A DNA stretch of 64,000 nt from NCBI GenBank assembly GCA_040397805.1, contig JBBAVG010000011.1:2247-66246 (forward strand). Direction: 5' to 3'. This DNA comes from Phycisphaerales bacterium. Lineage in GTDB: Bacteria; Planctomycetota; Phycisphaerae; Phycisphaerales; UBA1924. Below, in pieces: positions 30,911 to 44,296 of the stretch; positions within the stretch are counted from its first letter, which is position 1, and the number at the start of each line of letters is the position of its first letter. The notes below the pieces were generated by a model, which ran no database searches, was not told the origin of the DNA, and worked only from the letters and a program-made list of their open reading frames with translations. The position numbers and the translations under genes are program-made.

Positions 30911-31192
30911 GGCATCACGAATCGGGTCGTCGCCCGGATGGATGGATGTGGCCTCGTCGCCGGCTTGCTGATCCACGCCGCCTGTCCTCTCTGCTCCCTG
31001 CACACGCGAACGAACCCGCCGACCCGGACGCCAATCGCGACACGCGATCCGGCCAAGGGCCGAACGCGATCGTCGCACGGCACGACCGAGCCGCTGCCTG
31101 AGCGTACAGGAACGCAGGGTAGGGTGCAAGGCAAATCAAGGCCTTGCGTTCATGAAATGGCGGATAACCCCGGGGAGAGGCCCGGGAGCCCG

Positions 31193-31930
31193 TCAGCGGC
31201 GTCGACGCCAGGCCGCCGCCAGCCCGAGGACCGCGAGCGTGGCCGGGGAGGGGATGGGCGTGTAGGTCACGACCAGCGAGGGTCGATTGGCGGCCGTGGG
31301 GTTGTTGCGAGAGTCGATCCGCTTGGCGCTGCCGCTGACCGTCTCGTTGCCGATGATGGCCCAGCCGAAGTTCGAGGATGGATCGTCAACCCACGACTGC
31401 ACGTCCCGGATCAGGCCCGCGCCGGAGAAGGTGTAGAAGCCGACTCCCACCAGCTGCTGGCCCGCCGACGGAGCGGCATCGAAGTCGCCGCCCAAGTTCG
31501 ACCATGGCACCGCCCCGAAGAAGGCGTGCGTCCAGGTGGCGTCGCCGGGTTCGGCGGGCGATCCGCCGCCGCCGCCGGACTGTCCGTTGGAGTTGCTCTG
31601 CCCCTCGCCCCAGTTGGCCAGCATGCGATGCAGGACGGTGCGCTCGGTGGCGGTGATGGTCCGCGAAACGCGGATCGTGAAACTGACGTTCGTGATCGTG
31701 GAGCCGGCCGGAATCGCCGAGAGGTCGAAGGCGATCAGCCCCCTTCGCAGACCGCCGATGGCGGTCATGCCGGAGTAGAGATACGAGCCCTGCCCGTTGC
31801 TGATGCCGCCGGACACGTTCTCGAACAGGGTGTTGTCCTTGGAAGCGCCGAGCGTGACGACTTCCGCGGCGGCGACCGAACAGCAGACGACGAGGGCGGA
31901 CGCGCAGGTCCGAAGACGAAGGGTGGGCAT
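31193..31930 (-). CDS. PEP-CTERM-sorted secreted protein with DNRLRE-like N-domain
   Basis: Signal peptide. ASKDNTLFEN...GLRRGLIAFDLSAIPAGSTITNVSF resembles the DNRLRE domain. The C-terminus is PIPSPATLAVLGLAAAWRRRR (a PEP-like motif, a TM helix and an Arg cluster). Confidence 0.7.
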   Translation of the reverse strand: MPTLRLRTCASALVVCCSVAAAEVVTLGASKDNTLFENVSGGISNGQGSYLYSGMTAIGGLRRGLIAFDLSAIPAGSTITNVSFTIRVSRTITATERTVLHRMLANWGEGQSNSNGQSGGGGGSPAEPGDATWTHAFFGAVPWSNLGGDFDAAPSAGQQLVGVGFYTFSGAGLIRDVQSWVDDPSSNFGWAIIGNETVSGSAKRIDSRNNPTAANRPSLVVTYTPIPSPATLAVLGLAAAWRRRR

Positions 31931-32071
31931 GACGACTCCCGGCCATGGAGTTCCCGCGCGCGGCCACGCGAAACACCTGTGAAGCCGTAGGGAATATGCC
32001 ACCTGAAACGGAAAAAACGAGGGGAATCGGGCAAATGGCTTCAGATAACCTGCCATCGCCCTTGCGGAGGC

Positions 32072-32239
32072 TCAGCAGCCGCCCGCCTGCCAGATGACGA
32101 AGAACGCCTCCACGTCGCCGCCGTCGACGCCGCCGTCGTGGTTGACGTCGGCGCCGACCTCGGCCGCTTCCCACGCGAGGAAGAACGCGCCCACGTCGAG
32201 GCCGTCCACCCCGCCGTCCTGGTTGAAGTCGGCGGGGCA
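32072..32239 (-). repeat. coding repeat: 55-aa Cys..Cys twin-loop dockerin-like module, copy 2
   Basis: Same module at the C-terminus of the S8 peptidase. Confidence 0.8.
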
Positions 32240-33658
32240 GGTCGACTGGAAGGCCGCGAAGGCGTCGACCATGCCGTAGCCGCGGACGAAGAGTGCGTCG
32301 GGCGCCGCGGCGTCGGAGGCCGTGGAGCAGAGCGCCGCCCGCATCTGGTCGACCGTCCACCACGGGTTGGCCTGCACCAGGCACGCGACGGCGGCGGCCA
32401 CCAGGGGCGTGGAGAGCGACGTGCCGCTCGCGCCGGCGTACGTGTCGACGGTGTCGGGGTGGACGGTGGCGGTGCCCACGCCCCGGGCGAGCAGTTCGGG
32501 CTTGAGGCGGCCGTCGGCGGTGGGTCCGTCGGAGGAGAAACCCGCGATGACGCCCGCCGAATCGGCCGCGCCGCAGGAGATGACCCGCAGGCCGTCGGCG
32601 GGGGCGATGATGCTCGCCGTGGCCGGATCGGCGTCGTGCCCGTCGTTGCCCGCGGCGGTGCAGCAGTGCAGGCCGTTCTCGGCGGCGATGTTGACGGCGA
32701 TGGTCGTCACGGCGGTCTGGCCGTCGAGGTCCTCGCGGGTGTACCAATCGATGTAGCCGAGCGAGGAGGTGGCGACGTCACCGCCGCGAGCCTCGATGAA
32801 CTCGATGCCGGCGGCGTAGAAGTCCTCCTCGATGGGCGTCTCGCTCGCGACATTCTCCGTCTTGCAGAGGATGACGGAGGCGTCGTACGCGCCGCCGACG
32901 AGTTGGTCGGGCAGGTACGACGAGATGCACCCCAGGATGAGCGTGCCGTGCGAGTGCTGGCCCGCGGGATCTCCCGCCTCGGGCCCCGTCTGGTCGTCGG
33001 CGTTGATGAAGTCGCGTTCGGCGATGACGTGCAGCGGACGCGCCGGGTTGTTGAACGACTGGTGGACGCGGTTGAAGCCGGTGTCGAGGATGCCGATGAC
33101 GACGCCGCGGCCGGTGTACCCGCGGACGTGCATGGCCTGAAGGTTGATCTGCGCGAGTTGTGCCGAACTACGGCCGTAGAAGTCCCGCGGCACGTGGTGC
33201 GACCGATCCTCGGGCACCGCGTCCTCGCAGACCTGGGCCTCCGCGCAGCGTCGGCCACGAGCGACGGGCCGCACCTCGCGGACGCCCGGGAGCGAGCGAA
33301 TCGCCTCGACCTGCTCGGGCGTGGCCTCCACGCTCAGGGCGTTGAGCCATCGCGATTCGGTACGGACGCGGGCCAGCGCGGCCACCGCGACCCGGGGGCG
33401 TTCGTCGAGCGGAAGGTCCCGAACGTCGAGCAACCCCGGCGTGGTGCGCCGCAGGCGACGGCGTTCCAGCATGCGGGCGTCCGCCGCGTCCTCGGCTCGA
33501 CGCAACGCGACGTCGAGTGCCGCGGGATCGGACTGGGCCGCACGAGGTTGCAGGAAGACCCAGGTGGGCGTCGCCGGTTGGGACGCGCCGGCCACGGCGA
33601 CGAGGGAGAACGACGTGAGCAGGCCGATCAGACGGGCACGAGTGACGACAACGGACAT
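32072..33658 (-). CDS. secreted S8 (subtilisin-family) serine peptidase with C-terminal GC-type dockerin-like module
   Basis: Catalytic triad contexts GILDTGF (Asp), HGTLILG (His) and GTSLSTPLVAAA (Ser). It has a signal peptide and a propeptide-like N-region. It ends CPADFNQDGGVDGLDVGAFFLAWEAAEVGADVNHDGGVDGGDVEAFFVIWQAGGC. Confidence 0.87.
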   Translation of the reverse strand: MSVVVTRARLIGLLTSFSLVAVAGASQPATPTWVFLQPRAAQSDPAALDVALRRAEDAADARMLERRRLRRTTPGLLDVRDLPLDERPRVAVAALARVRTESRWLNALSVEATPEQVEAIRSLPGVREVRPVARGRRCAEAQVCEDAVPEDRSHHVPRDFYGRSSAQLAQINLQAMHVRGYTGRGVVIGILDTGFNRVHQSFNNPARPLHVIAERDFINADDQTGPEAGDPAGQHSHGTLILGCISSYLPDQLVGGAYDASVILCKTENVASETPIEEDFYAAGIEFIEARGGDVATSSLGYIDWYTREDLDGQTAVTTIAVNIAAENGLHCCTAAGNDGHDADPATASIIAPADGLRVISCGAADSAGVIAGFSSDGPTADGRLKPELLARGVGTATVHPDTVDTYAGASGTSLSTPLVAAAVACLVQANPWWTVDQMRAALCSTASDAAAPDALFVRGYGMVDAFAAFQSTCPADFNQDGGVDGLDVGAFFLAWEAAEVGADVNHDGGVDGGDVEAFFVIWQAGGC

Positions 33659-34000
33659 CAGGCCTTCCTTTCTTGGCGTTGCCGCCGATTCCCCCGCCAC
33701 CGATCGAGGATACACCACCGTTCGCTCGTCCCCCCCGCTCCGTTCCACGCATTCCCCCGATGAAGGTTACCGGGCGTGCGAATCCTGCTATCATCGCGCT
33801 GAACGGTCGAGTCCGGCCGCCCGAGTTCATGCCTCGCGGCCGTTCGTGCGATACACACGGACGCGCGGCGGCGTCCGCGGCCTCCGCTTGACCGGGACGG
33901 CGGGCGCCCTTGACGGAAACGGCGGCTTCACCAGGTCCATGATCGACCGACCTGCTCCGCGGCCGCGGGGCTGGACAGCAGGAAACGGCGATCAGGACTC

Positions 34001-35953
34001 ATGTGCGGCATCACTGGCATCATTCATCTTGACGGCGGCGGCGTGGACGCCGTCGCGCTTCGTCGCATGACCGACGTGGCCCGCCACCGGGGGCCCGATG
34101 ACCAGGGCTTCCGGCTCTTCTCGCTCGCGACGGGCGAGACGGCGGCGTACGACCCGACGCGGGGCGTGCCACCGGGACGATTCACCGGCGGGTTCGGCTT
34201 CAACCGACTGAGCATCCTCGACCTCTCGCCCCGCGGCCACCAGCCGATGGCCAACGAGGACGGCACGGTCTTCATCGCCTTCAACGGCGAGGTGTACAAC
34301 GCCTTCGACCACCGTCCCGCCCTCGAGGCCGCGGGACACCGGTTCCGCAGCGCGACCGACACGGAGGTGATTCTCCACCTCTACGAGGAGCACGGGATCG
34401 AGGGGTGCCTCGATCGGCTCAACGGCATGTTCGCCTTCGCGATCGCGGACCTGCGTCGCGGCGAGGTGCACCTGGCTCGCGACCACCTGGGCATCAAGCC
34501 CCTGTATCACGCGCGGCACGCGGGCATGCTCCTCTTCGCCTCCGAGGCCAAGAGCATCATGGCCTACCCGGGCTTCCCGCGCGAACTCGATCCGGCGATG
34601 CTCGACGAGCACCTGCTCTTCCGCTACAACGCGGGGGACGGGTTTCTCGCCAAGGGGATCTGCCAGGTGCGTCCGGGATTCCGGCTCCGCGTGGACGCGT
34701 CGGGCGCGACGAGCGTGCACCGTCACTACACGATTCCCGACGTGACCCCCGATGCCGCGGGCGCGGACGATCGCTTCGAGGCGGCCTTCGAGAAGAGCGT
34801 CAAGAGCCAACTCATCAGCGACGTGAAGCTCGGCTGCCAGCTCTCTGGAGGCATCGACTCCTCGATGGTGACGAGCATCGCGAGGGAACGCTTCGAACAG
34901 GACCTCGACGCCTTCTCGATCATCTTCGACGACGCCTCGGTGAGCGAGGAGCCGTGGATGCGGATCGCGGCGACCAAGACCCGCACGTCGCTCCACGCGG
35001 CCACGCTGACCTTCGACTACTTCATCGATCACCTCCGCGAGGCGACGTGGCACTACGACACGCCGCTGAACCTGGGCAACGCGGTGGGTCTCTTCCTGCT
35101 CGCGCAGGAGGCCCGCAAGCGGGTGACGGTGCTGCTCAGCGGCGACGGCGCGGACGAGTTGCTGGGCGGCTATCCGCGGTTCTTCATGGCGGCGATCCGT
35201 CCGGGCGTGCTGGGGGCCCTGCCGTTGCTCAGGCACCTGCCGGGGCTGGGCCCCAAACTGGTGCGGAACTTCGACTCGCCGCCGGGGCTCGACCGCGAGG
35301 CGTGGTTCATCAAGTACAGCTCGTCGATGCGCGACGCGCAGGCGTTGCTGCTGCGGCCCGACGCGGACCTCGCCGCGCCGCTCGAGCGGCGTCGGGCGAT
35401 CTTCCGCGAGGGTCGCTCGACGTTCCTCGACGACTGCTGCAAGTACGACATGCAGACCTTCATGGTCGAGCTGCTCATCCGCCAGGACAAGATGATGATG
35501 GCGCACTCGGTCGAGAACCGCGTGCCCTTCCTCGACCGCGACGTGGTGGAGGCCGCGAGGCGACTGCCCCTGTCGCGACGCATTTCGGGCAGCCCCCTGC
35601 GTCCGAATCCGATGGAACGGGGCACGAAGATCATCCTGAAGGAGATGGCCGAACGTCGCTTCGGTCGCGAGTTCGTCCGTCGCCGCAAGTCCGGCTTCGG
35701 CCTGCCGCTGCTCGACTACTTCCGCCACCCGCGCTTCGAGGCCCTGCTCAACGATTCGCTGATTCCCGGAATCGCCGCCCGCGGCTGGATCGACCCTCGC
35801 GCTGTCCGCGACTGGCACGCCCGCATCCGCGACCATCGCGACGCGACGCTGACCGAGGCGATGTGGACGGTCGTCTCCCTCGAGACCTGGGCGCAGGAAT
35901 GCCTCGACAAGGCGCCCGAGGTTCGCACGCCCCGGGCCCTGCGGCCTCAGTGA
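34001..35953 (+). CDS. asnB: asparagine synthase (glutamine-hydrolysing)
   Basis: MCGITGI N-terminal nucleophile Cys, SGGIDSS PP-loop, and a 650-aa length. Confidence 0.9.
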   Translation: MCGITGIIHLDGGGVDAVALRRMTDVARHRGPDDQGFRLFSLATGETAAYDPTRGVPPGRFTGGFGFNRLSILDLSPRGHQPMANEDGTVFIAFNGEVYNAFDHRPALEAAGHRFRSATDTEVILHLYEEHGIEGCLDRLNGMFAFAIADLRRGEVHLARDHLGIKPLYHARHAGMLLFASEAKSIMAYPGFPRELDPAMLDEHLLFRYNAGDGFLAKGICQVRPGFRLRVDASGATSVHRHYTIPDVTPDAAGADDRFEAAFEKSVKSQLISDVKLGCQLSGGIDSSMVTSIARERFEQDLDAFSIIFDDASVSEEPWMRIAATKTRTSLHAATLTFDYFIDHLREATWHYDTPLNLGNAVGLFLLAQEARKRVTVLLSGDGADELLGGYPRFFMAAIRPGVLGALPLLRHLPGLGPKLVRNFDSPPGLDREAWFIKYSSSMRDAQALLLRPDADLAAPLERRRAIFREGRSTFLDDCCKYDMQTFMVELLIRQDKMMMAHSVENRVPFLDRDVVEAARRLPLSRRISGSPLRPNPMERGTKIILKEMAERRFGREFVRRRKSGFGLPLLDYFRHPRFEALLNDSLIPGIAARGWIDPRAVRDWHARIRDHRDATLTEAMWTVVSLETWAQECLDKAPEVRTPRALRPQ

Positions 35954-36453
35954 CCGGCACGCTCGCCCGCCGCCAACTGCACCGCGTGGGGCAGCACGTC
36001 GGCGATGGCCTCGAGCATCTCGGCAGCCCCCGCGGGCGACCCCGGCAGCGTGACGACGAGCGTGCGGCCCGCGACGCCCGCCACCGCGCGAGAAAGGAAC
36101 GCCTTGGGGTGCACGGCCCCGCACCGAGCGCGGGCCAACTCCATCAGGTTGGGCGCGGGCCGGTCGATGACGCGCATCGCGGCCTCGGGCGTGAGGTCGC
36201 GGGGCGAAAAACCCGTGCCCCCGGTGACGGCGACGAGGTGAAGCCCAAGCGTCGGATCGCACCACAGCCGCAGCACGCCCTCGACGGGTTCGATGCCGTC
36301 GGGCACGAGGGCCCGCTCCACGACCGTGGCGCCGAGCCGCTGCACCAGCGTCGCCTCGACGCGCGGACCCGAGGCGTCGACGGCTTTGCCCGCGGCGCAC
36401 CGGTCCGACACCGTGAGCACCGCGGCGCGAATGACGAAGGGCGCTTCGCTCAC
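35947..36453 (-). CDS. moaB: MogA/MoaB family molybdenum cofactor biosynthesis protein
   Basis: AAVLTVSDRCAAG...LVAVTGGTGFSPRDLTPEA...VVTLPGSPAGA. The GTG start overlaps the moaC stop (GTGA). Confidence 0.8.
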   Translation of the reverse strand: MSEAPFVIRAAVLTVSDRCAAGKAVDASGPRVEATLVQRLGATVVERALVPDGIEPVEGVLRLWCDPTLGLHLVAVTGGTGFSPRDLTPEAAMRVIDRPAPNLMELARARCGAVHPKAFLSRAVAGVAGRTLVVTLPGSPAGAAEMLEAIADVLPHAVQLAAGERAGH

Positions 36454-36947
36454 GGCACGCGATCCTTCGCGACGTACTCGCCGCCGCGTCCCCCCCGCTT
36501 CTCCAGCACGCGCAGGCCGCGGACGACCATGGCCTTGTCGACGGCCTTGCCCATGTCGATGACGGTCAACGCCGCCACGCCCGCGGCGACCAGGGCCTCC
36601 ATCTCGACGCCCGTCCGCGAATGGGTCGACGCGGTGGCCACGATCCGCACGTGATGCGACGCGGCGTCGGCGGGCGTGACGGCGGCCTGCACGTCGACGA
36701 CGTCGAGGGGCAGGGAATGGCACAGGGGGATGAGCTCGTCGGTGCGTTTGGCGGCCTGGATGCCCGCGAGGCGCGCGACGGCGAGCAGGTCGCCCTTGGC
36801 GAGCGCGTTGTCGCGGATGGCGGCCGCCAGTTCCCCGGACACGTCGACGAAGGCCTCGGCCACCGCGACGCGTCGCGTCACGGGCTTGTCGCCCACGTCG
36901 ACCATGGAGGCCGCGCCGGAGGCGTCGATGTGCGAGAGCTTCGACAT
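36450..36947 (-). CDS. moaC: cyclic pyranopterin monophosphate synthase
   Basis: MSKLSHIDASGAASMVDVGDKPVT...AKGDLLAVARLAGIQAAKRTDELIPLCHSLPL...TGVEMEAL. This is the last 165 aa of ORF 36450..40211. Confidence 0.9.
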   Translation of the reverse strand: MSKLSHIDASGAASMVDVGDKPVTRRVAVAEAFVDVSGELAAAIRDNALAKGDLLAVARLAGIQAAKRTDELIPLCHSLPLDVVDVQAAVTPADAASHHVRIVATASTHSRTGVEMEALVAAGVAALTVIDMGKAVDKAMVVRGLRVLEKRGGRGGEYVAKDRVP

Positions 36948-36970
36948 GGGATCGTCGGGAACGGGCTCGC

Positions 36971-39967
<2,997 letters not shown>

Positions 39968-40183
39968 GGCTGTGTCCGGGAGGCCAGGGGGAGGTTCGTA
40001 CCGGGCGACTCGCGTGCGGGTGAAATCGGGCCTCGCGGGGGTCGCGGGGCCCGGGCGGAAATGGTAGCGAGTCGCCTTCGAACCGGTCGGACGGCCGGGG
40101 CTTGGCCGAACAGGGGGAACGCGGGGCCGTCCCGGGCGTAGGAGGAGGGACTGCGGGCCCCACCTGCCCATCTTCACTACCAT

Positions 40184-42301
40184 GTGATGCTCCTTTCGCC
40201 GCCCATTCCACGAGGATTTCCCTTGAGCCGACACACCCTCCCCCGCTGGGCCTCCTTCCTGCCCGTCGCCGCCCTGGCCTTGGCCGGGCATGCCGCCGCC
40301 CCCCTGCTGCTCGAACCGGCCTCGCCAGGGGCGGTGACCGTGCCCGCCACCGAGGAGGAGGCCAAGTCGCTGGCCGCCTCGTACCGAAGCCACATCACCA
40401 CCATCGCCAACCCCTTCTTCGAGGGCCGGGCCCCCGGCACCGACGGCAATCGCCTTGCCGCCCAGTACCTCGAGTTCCAACTCCGGCGGCTGGGCATGGA
40501 GCCGGCCTTCCCCACCGAGACCAAGGACGCCGACGGCAAGGTGACCCAGAGCCGCCCGCGGTCGAACTACCGGCAGGTCTTCACCGCCCCGCCCTCGCTG
40601 CGTCCCGGCGATTCCACCAAGATCACCTCGCAGGCGGCCTCGTTCGAGGCCAGCGGCACGACCACCGACCTCAAGGCCGACGTCGACTACAAGGTGCTCG
40701 GCTATTCGGGCAGCGGCGACGTCACGGGCGAACTCGCCTTCGTCGGCTACGCCACCCGCAACGAGGACAAGGGGTACGACACCTTCTTCGGCGGCGCGAA
40801 GGTCGAGGGCAAGATCGCCATCGTGCTCCGCTTCGAGCCCATGGACGAGCAGGGCAAGAGCCGCTGGGGCGCGGCCGGCGCGTGGACGCCCGCGGCGGCC
40901 CTCGACTCCAAGCTGCGCGTGGTCGAGCGTGCCGGCGCGGCGGCGATCATCCTCGTCAACCCGCCCGGCGCGGACGACCCCCGGGTGAACAAGCTCGAAG
41001 GCCTCGAACTCAGCGGCTCACGGGGCAACTCGAGCAAGGTGCCCGTGATCATGATGTCGCAGGACGCCGCCGACCGGCTGGTGAAGGCCGCCGACGAATC
41101 GGGCCGCGACCTCAAGACCCTGCGTGAATGGGCCGACGCGCTGCCGAAGGAGACGGCGGGCATCGTCGCGTTGCCCAAGGCCAAGGCGACGGTGAAGGTG
41201 GCCGTGGAACGCGTGCCCCTCATGACCGACAACGTCGGCGGCATCCTCCCCGGCAAGGGCTCGCTCGCCGACGAGTACATCGTCATCGGCAGCCACTACG
41301 ACCACGTGGGCTACGGCTACTTCGGCTCTCGCGACCCCGACCCCAGGGGCAAGATCCACGCCGGCGCGGACGACAACGGCAGCGGCACGTCCGGCGCGCT
41401 CATCATCGCCGAGCGGTTCGCCAGGGCCTACGCCGCCCTTCCCGAGGGGGCTCAGGCCCGCTCGATCCTCTTCCTCTGGTTCAGCGCGGAGGAGTCGGGC
41501 CTGGTGGGCTCGAAGTACTACGTCAAGCACCCGGTCTCGCCCATCGAGAAGCACGCGATGATGATCAACCTCGACATGATCGGCCGCCTGCGCGAGGGCC
41601 GGATGGAACTCGGCGGCGTCGGCACGGCCGAGGGCTTCCAGGAGTGGCTGCAGCCCTACATCGAGTCGTCCGGCATGACCATCAAGCAGACCAAGAGCGG
41701 CTTTGGCCCCTCCGACCACGCCTCGTTCACGGGCGTGAAGGTGCCCACGCTCTTCTTCTTCACGCAACTTCACAAGGAATACCACACGCCGCTCGACGTG
41801 GTGGACACCATCAACTTCGACGGCGCGGTGCAGGTGACGGACCTGGCCTTCCGCATCGCCTTCGACGCCGCCCGACGGCCCGAGGCGTTCGTCTTCTCCA
41901 CGGGAGAGCCCAAGACCGAGCCGGCCGCGGAGGAAAAAAAGGACGAGGCCAAGAAGGACGAGCCCGTGCAGGAGAACCGCCCCGGCAACGTCGGCGGCGT
42001 CTCGGTGGGCGTTCGGTTTGGCATCGCCCCGGGCGACTACGCGGGCGAGGAGCCGGGCGTGCTCGTGGGCGAGGTCTTCCCCGACCTGCCCGCCGCCAAG
42101 GCGGGGCTCAAGGAGGGCGACCTCATGACCAAGTGGAACGACACGGCGCTCAAGGACGTGGCCGGGTGGATGCCGCTCCTTTCGAAGGCCAAGCCGGGCG
42201 ACGTGGTGAAGATCACGTACCGCCGCAAGGTCGAGGGCGAGATGAAGGAGTTCACGACCGACTGCACGCTCGTGGCCCGCGCGCCCCGTCCGCAGCAGTG
42301 A
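40184..42301 (+). CDS. secreted M28-family aminopeptidase with PA domain and C-terminal PDZ domain
   Basis: Signal peptide, [10 protein letters not shown]...[19 protein letters not shown] and [14 protein letters not shown] (M28 zinc ligand contexts), then [29 protein letters not shown] (PDZ). Confidence 0.8.
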   Translation: MMLLSPPIPRGFPLSRHTLPRWASFLPVAALALAGHAAAPLLLEPASPGAVTVPATEEEAKSLAASYRSHITTIANPFFEGRAPGTDGNRLAAQYLEFQLRRLGMEPAFPTETKDADGKVTQSRPRSNYRQVFTAPPSLRPGDSTKITSQAASFEASGTTTDLKADVDYKVLGYSGSGDVTGELAFVGYATRNEDKGYDTFFGGAKVEGKIAIVLRFEPMDEQGKSRWGAAGAWTPAAALDSKLRVVERAGAAAIILVNPPGADDPRVNKLEGLELSGSRGNSSKVPVIMMSQDAADRLVKAADESGRDLKTLREWADALPKETAGIVALPKAKATVKVAVERVPLMTDNVGGILPGKGSLADEYIVIGSHYDHVGYGYFGSRDPDPRGKIHAGADDNGSGTSGALIIAERFARAYAALPEGAQARSILFLWFSAEESGLVGSKYYVKHPVSPIEKHAMMINLDMIGRLREGRMELGGVGTAEGFQEWLQPYIESSGMTIKQTKSGFGPSDHASFTGVKVPTLFFFTQLHKEYHTPLDVVDTINFDGAVQVTDLAFRIAFDAARRPEAFVFSTGEPKTEPAAEEKKDEAKKDEPVQENRPGNVGGVSVGVRFGIAPGDYAGEEPGVLVGEVFPDLPAAKAGLKEGDLMTKWNDTALKDVAGWMPLLSKAKPGDVVKITYRRKVEGEMKEFTTDCTLVARAPRPQQ

Positions 42302-42332
42302 ATCATCGCGGCGACACGCTCAACGGCTGCGC

Positions 42333-43316
42333 ATGACCAACGGCATGAACGGCATCAACAGCGTCAACACCCTCTCGCTCCCCGACCTGTACGCGAGGTT
42401 CGAGGCCACCGGCCTGATCCGGCGGCTGCTCGAGCTCGCTCACGACGAGGACATGGGCATCCCGCGCCCGTCGTCGGCGCCGGGCCGCGACACGGTGCGG
42501 AGCGACGGCGACATCACCTCGGAGTGCTGCATCGACGTGGCCCGCATCGGCGAGGCCAAGGTGGTGGCGAGGGCCCCGGGCATGATCGCCGGACTGGCGG
42601 CGTTGCCCGAACTCATGCGGCTCTTCGCCCCCAGCTCGAACGTCGAGGTGCATGCCACCGACGGCCAGGAGGCGGCCGCCATGACCACGCTGGCGACGCT
42701 GCGCGGGCCGCTCGACGAACTGCTGGGGCTGGAGCGAACGCTCCTGAACCTGCTGGGACGCCTTTCAGGCATCGCCACCCGCACGCGGGCCTTCGCGAAG
42801 GCGATGGAGCCCTCGTGCCGGGCCCGCCTCTACGACACCCGCAAGACGACGCCGGGCCTCCGCGTGCTCGAGAAGTACGCCGTCCGCTGCGGCGGGGGAT
42901 TCTGCCACCGCATCGGCCTCTTCGACGCCGTGCTCATCAAGGACAACCACGTCGCGGGGGTCGGCGTCAAGGAGTTGCCCCGGTTCATCCAGCGTGCCGC
43001 CACGCTGGCGAGGGTGAAGGGCCATCCGTCGTTCGTCGAGGTGGAGGTGGACACGCTCGAGCAGTACGAGGCGTTGCTCACGCTGCCGCCGGGCGTCGTC
43101 GACATCATCCTGCTCGACAACATGTCGTGCGAGCGGATGAGCCACGCGGCGAAGCGACGCGACGAGCTCAACCCCTCGCTCGAACTCGAGGCCTCGGGGG
43201 GCATCACGCTCGAGACCATCAACGCGATCTCCCGCACCGGCGTCGACCGCATCAGCGTGGGCGGGCTCACGCACTCTGCGACCGTGCTCGACGTGGCGAT
43301 GGACGTCGACGGATGA
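42333..43316 (+). CDS. nadC: nicotinate-nucleotide diphosphorylase (carboxylating)
   Basis: ERTLLNLLGRLSGIATRT..., YDTRKTTPGLRVLEKYAVRCGGG.CHR.GLFDAVLIKDNH, and LDNM...EASGGI. Confidence 0.9.
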   Translation: MTNGMNGINSVNTLSLPDLYARFEATGLIRRLLELAHDEDMGIPRPSSAPGRDTVRSDGDITSECCIDVARIGEAKVVARAPGMIAGLAALPELMRLFAPSSNVEVHATDGQEAAAMTTLATLRGPLDELLGLERTLLNLLGRLSGIATRTRAFAKAMEPSCRARLYDTRKTTPGLRVLEKYAVRCGGGFCHRIGLFDAVLIKDNHVAGVGVKELPRFIQRAATLARVKGHPSFVEVEVDTLEQYEALLTLPPGVVDIILLDNMSCERMSHAAKRRDELNPSLELEASGGITLETINAISRTGVDRISVGGLTHSATVLDVAMDVDG

Positions 43317-43326
43317 CCCGCGGGGC

Positions 43327-44115
43327 GTGCCGGCCATGAAGCGTCTTGACGGTCGACTCTCGATGTGGCCCGCGAGTTTCGGAGCCGCCCCATCGCTTCG
43401 TCTTCTGGCGCAGACCCCTTCCACGCAGGATGTGGCTCGCCGGTGGCGAGGGCCGACGCCCTTGGCCGTGCTCGCCGCGAGGCAAACCGCCGGACGCGGA
43501 CGCCTTGGGCGACGCTGGGTCGACGACCAGGGTCTGGGCGTGGCCCTCACGCTGGTCCTTTCCGACCGCGACGTCGACACGACGTGTCTATCGCTGGCCT
43601 GCGGCATCGCCGCCCTCGACGCCATCGCCGCCGTCCTCGGGGCACGGACCCCGCCGCTGGGTCTGCGGTGGCCCAACGACCTGATGCTCGTCGACGCGGC
43701 GGGATGCGGCGTCCGCAAGCTGGGTGGCGTGCTGATCGAGCGTTCCGAGGGCCGCGTGCTGGCCGGCATCGGCATCAACGTGCACCAACAGCCGACGGAC
43801 TTCCCGCCGCACCTTCGCGACCTCGCCACGTCGCTGGCGTGCCTGCACATCGCATGTTCGCGTCCGCGGCTGGCGGGCGAAGTGGCCCGGGCGGCGATCG
43901 CGTGGGTGAAGCGGCCCTGTGAGCAGGTCGTGGAGCGGTGGAAGCGTCACGACGCGTTGCGTGGCGTGGCGACGGCCTTCGAGTCCGGGGGGAGGCGCGT
44001 GGAGGGCGTGGTGGAGCGGATCGAGCCGCTGGAGTTCATCGAACTTCGCACGGCTCACGGGCTCGAGCGGCTGTCGGCCGCGACCGCGGTTCGCGGCGAA
44101 GCGTCGAGGAGCTGA
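43327..44115 (+). CDS. birA: biotin--[acetyl-CoA-carboxylase] ligase (no HTH domain)
   Basis: ARQTAGRGRLGRRW (GRGRxGRxW motif), LRWPNDLML and KLGGVLIE. Confidence 0.82.
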   Translation: MPAMKRLDGRLSMWPASFGAAPSLRLLAQTPSTQDVARRWRGPTPLAVLAARQTAGRGRLGRRWVDDQGLGVALTLVLSDRDVDTTCLSLACGIAALDAIAAVLGARTPPLGLRWPNDLMLVDAAGCGVRKLGGVLIERSEGRVLAGIGINVHQQPTDFPPHLRDLATSLACLHIACSRPRLAGEVARAAIAWVKRPCEQVVERWKRHDALRGVATAFESGGRRVEGVVERIEPLEFIELRTAHGLERLSAATAVRGEASRS

Positions 44116-44128
44116 GCTCACGCGTCGA

Positions 44129-44296
44129 TCAGCAGCCGCCCGCTTCCCAGAGCGTGAAGAACTCCTGCACGTCGCCGCCGTCGATGCCGCCGTCTTCGTT
44201 CACGTCCGCGGCGCCGTCGCCCGCTTCCCACGCGACGAAGAAGGCTTCGATGTCGCCACCGTCGATGCCGCCGTCGCCGTTGAAGTCCGCGGCACA
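44129..44296 (-). repeat. coding repeat: 55-aa Cys..Cys twin-loop dockerin-like module, copy 3
   Basis: Same module at the C-terminus of propeller paralog 1. Confidence 0.8.

Noticed and set aside
39968-40183. Possible glycine riboswitch upstream of gcvP.
   Set aside because: I looked on the gcvP strand for the conserved cores (GGAGAG, CACCGAAGGGGCAA, CUCAGGCAAAAGGAC). I found only weak partial resemblances (ACCGGTTCGAAGGCGAC, CTCCCGGACACAG). That is not enough to call it, and a covariance-model scan is needed.
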